Shown here: piece by piece, positions 60,273 to 64,000 of the stretch
Layout of the letters: each line of letters opens with the position of its first letter
How positions within the stretch are numbered: position 1 is the stretch's first letter
From: the human T2T-CHM13v2.0 reference genome, Homo sapiens
Reading direction: 5' to 3' (one strand)
DNA: 64,000 nt
Assembly (NCBI RefSeq): GCF_009914755.1
Contig: NC_060942.1
Position numbers and translations under genes: made by a program
The notes under the pieces: model-generated
The model's database searches: none
What the model was told of the DNA's origin: nothing
The model's input: the letters and a program-made list of their open reading frames with translations, nothing else

Positions 60273-60935
60273 AAGAGTGTGACGATGGAAACCAGATTGC
60301 AGGGGTAAGAAGGGCTGGAGGGCATCAGGTGCGGTCAGGGGTTGGAGAATTTGCCAGGGAGCTCACCAGCCAGAGAGCAGAGAAACCAAATCATAGAAGC
60401 TGCATTGAGTAAAGAGGTTTCTGTCTCTGGGGTGGGTCACATAGGGAACACTGGAGGATCGGCTCGACTCAGAGAAATCCAGTTGCTGGTGTAGCCTTGG
60501 TCGGTGGGGGCTTCTGGGGAGTAGGACTGAACTGTGAAGGAAGGCAGCCTCCATGGGCTCCCCAGTGGGCCTGGCTCTGCAGAGCCCCTCCCTGGGGAGA
60601 AGCCTCAGCCATCAGGCTGGCAGTGGTGATGGTGGCTCTGGGTGGTACAGAGCCCTTGCTGGGTGTGGAGGCTTTGAGGAGAGAGCCATGGGCCTGGGGC
60701 AGCAGGGGCCTGGACCCTTCTGTATACATCTATAAAACCTCAGTGAAACGAGGGCCTATGCCTGGGGGGAGGCCAGGAGACCCCCAGGCAGTCCCCTGAC
60801 TCTGACTGGGTGCACCAGCCACCATACTCACTTGGGGGCTCACTCCAGCCCCCCAGCCCCTCAGGCCCTGGCCCCGTGTTCTCAGCATCCTGGCCGAGCA
60901 ATTAATGTCAGCCCTTTCACCCCCATCTCTTCCAG

Positions 60936-61009
60936 AATGGCAGCAAAGACAACTCTCTGGACATGCTGGGCACGGACATCTGGGCGGCCAACACCTTCGA
61001 TTCCTTCAG
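60936..61009 (+). CDS. CTIF: CTIF coding exon (exon 4), 74 nt, NGSKDNSLDMLGTDIWAANTFDSF(S)
   Basis: Acceptor ccccatctcttccag and donor CAG|GTAACC. Phase 0-2. Confidence 0.95.
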
Positions 61010-61630
61010 GTAACCTCCTCCTCCCTCCTTCCCTGTGGTGTGAGGTCCAGCCGGGGAAACTGGCTTCCTTGGGGACGGAATGAACGCTGATGGTTCATGA
61101 GCAAGAGGCAGAGAGAAGCAGAGTAGGGGATGTAGGAAGGATGGGGTGGAAAGAAGGCCGGAGAGAGGAGGCGGTGAGTGTCAACGGGAGACAGTGGAGG
61201 CATGGGGAGGGCCCCCGGGATGGGGCTGCAGAGGCTGGGCCCCGCTTCCCACTAGCCTGCCTCATCTACCTCAGGGTGGCCGGGTCGTCACTTTGAGCTG
61301 CTTGTCAGAGGCTGGAGACTGGCATTTGGCCCCTTGCTCTCCCTGGCCTTCCTCAAATGTGGGCACGAAAACAAACTCAGGTGTTGCAGAGGCCGCTGTG
61401 CAATGGGCATCAGGCCCACACTTGTTTCATAAGCATGCACTTTCCCACGGCAGGGTGAGGAAGGTGAGGGGTGGCACCTGGGGCTCCATTCTGAGTGGGG
61501 CTCCCCGCCTGGCCCCTGGCGGCTCCTTTCTGCGGATCTGCTCTGCCAGGTTCAGCCTGGCCCCCTGGTTCCGTCAGTAACTGGGCTGTTGCCCTCTTGC
61601 CTCCGTTTCTCACCCTCCCTCGCCCTCTAG

Positions 61631-61735
61631 TGGTGCCACCTGGGACCTGCAGCCGGAAAAGCTGGACTTCACCCAGTTCCACCGCAAAGTCCGACACACG
61701 CCCAAGCAGCCCCTGCCACACATCGACCGCGAAGG
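61631..61735 (+). CDS. CTIF: CTIF coding exon (exon 5), 105 nt, (S)GATWDLQPEKLDFTQFHRKVRHTPKQPLPHIDRE(G)
   Basis: Acceptor ctccctcgccctctag and donor AGG|GTAAGG. Phase 2-2, in frame with the previous exon. Confidence 0.95.
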
Positions 61736-61959
61736 GTAAGGGGTGCTGGGGCTCTTACCCAGGGTGGGGTGGGGCAGGGGACGGGAGTGGCCTTTGCCTC
61801 CACAGGGAGGCTGCTCTGCTGCACAGGGGACTCAGGTGGCTGATGCCCCGGGATGCTCTTCTTATGCGTCCCAGAGCTGCAGGCTCACTGGCTTCTCCTG
61901 CCCAGCCCCCTCTAGCCATGCCATCCCCACCTGCTCCTGATGACCCACAGTGGCCCTGC

Positions 61960-62450
<491 letters not shown>

Positions 62451-62627
62451 TGTCATGCCTGATTTTACACTGGCTTTTCTCACCCTCTATGACTTTGTGT
62501 GGCAGGGTTGCCTTCCCTTTTCAAAAGTGGTGTCACAGCCTGGGCAGACCTCAGGACGGGAATGTGACTCCAGCGAGACACAGAGGTGTGGGACAAATGG
62601 CTGCTCCTTCTTTTATAGTTTTATGTA

Positions 62628-63290
62628 ATTTTTAATGAGGCAGAATTCCCATACCATAAAATTAACCATTATAAAGTGTTCAGTCCACTGGCATTTAGTA
62701 TGCTAGACCTGTTGTGCAACTACCATGTCTATCTAGTTCTGAAACATTCTCATCATCCCAATATAAAACCCCATACCCACTAGGCAATCATTCCCCATCC
62801 CATCACCACCCCCAGTCCCTGGCAACCACCAATCTGCTTTCTGTTTCTATTAATTAATCTATTTTGCATACTTACAGAAACAGTCATATGTGACCTCTTG
62901 GGCCTGGCTTCTTTCCCTTGGCATAATGTTTTTGAGGTTCATTCATTATAGCATGTAGCAGAACTTTATTCCTTTTCATGGCTGAATACTAGTCCATTGT
63001 ATGGATATACCACAATTTGTTTACCCATGCATCTATCAATCCTTACTTGAGTCATCTCCACCTTTTGGCTATTGTCAAAAATACTGCTGTATCTTTTTGA
63101 GTCCTTGCTTGTAATTACTTGGGTGTATACCTGGGGTGGAATTGCTGGGTTGTATGGTAATTCTGTTGAACTCTTTGAGGAGCTGTCAAACTGTGTTCCA
63201 TAGCAGCTGAATATTCTGCATTCACACCAGCAATGTATGAGATTCCAATTTCTCCACATCCCCACCAGCACTTGTGCTTTTTTTTCTTTC
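62628..63290 (-). mobile_element. L1MB/L1MA-type 3' fragment
   Basis: cataccataaaattaaccatt, ccctggcaaccaccaatctgctttctgt and ccaatttctccacatccccaccagcacttg. Confidence 0.82.
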
Positions 63291-63529
63291 TTGGTTTTTG
63301 TTTGTTTGTGTTTTATTATGATACTGATGACCCTTACTTTTCCTTCCAGCCCTCCCCTGCTCACTCTTGTCTCCCTTTCACTTCAGGTCTAAGTATTAGT
63401 GACTTTACTGGACACTATCCTACATCTCACATGTCTTCCTGCTGCTATATTTGTCCCACTCAACCTCTCCTCTTGGCAACATTGGTCCCATCATAGTGTA
63501 ATGAGCAACAACCCGTGGAAAGAAATGGG

Positions 63530-63630
63530 CTCATTCCTACTTTAGAGATGAGGAAAATAACACTCAGAGAAGCAAAGTAACTTGCCTGAATAACAGAGCC
63601 ATCATTTAAGGCCAGGCCTTCTGACACCAT
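63530..63630. mobile_element. MIR
   Basis: gatgaggaaaataacactcagagaagcaaagtaacttgcc. Confidence 0.6.
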
Positions 63631-64000
63631 CCAACCCCTAGTTCACCACATCAGGGTATTCTTAACCTCCTTAAAATTTTCTGCAAATTTGTATGTGTGC
63701 ATGCACACGTGTGTGTTGCTGGGGAGAGGCCCATCACTTGCATCCGACTCTCCCAGGAGACACCAGCCTCTCACACGCCTCTTTTTCATTGCCCTCCCTG
63801 TTGTGGGTTCCATTTCTCTTTGGGTGAAGAGGGAGAGATGGCTTTGCGCATGGAGGCACTGGTTAAGATGGAGCATAGGAGAGACACAGCTGCAAGGCTC
63901 CCGACCCTACCTTACCCCATCCACCCTGCTCACTGCCTGCTCAGCCCACTCATTCAGTTGCAGGGAGGCCATGCTCCTTCCAGACTGCTGAGCTGCACAG

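Noticed and set aside
60731-60737. TATAAAA about 200 bp upstream of exon 4
   Set aside because: No clear initiator at the expected distance and no other promoter evidence; chance occurrence is likely.

Overview
Human genomic DNA from the 5' part of CTIF (CBP80/20-dependent translation initiation factor, KIAA0427), + strand; a near-consensus human-specific AluYb8 supports the species call. Four coding exons (16806-16985, 33774-33845, 60936-61009, 61631-61735) have canonical AG/GT boundaries and splice in frame to CTIF residues 1-143 (MENSSAASASSEAG...HIDRE). The non-coding first exon and the later exons lie outside the window. The rest is intron filled with Alu, L1, L2, MIR, LTR and DNA-transposon remnants, including a full-length decayed L1PA inserted into the middle of an Alu, plus several tandem repeats and local duplications. 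Almost all ORFs in the six-frame track are artefacts of repeats or GC-rich intron. No unmistakable new system is visible. The best lead is a +1 reading frame that stays open across all four spliced exons, has strong-context start codons, and rejoins the CTIF frame if the 74-nt exon is skipped. Repeat family names and the boundaries of old elements are by eye and approximate.
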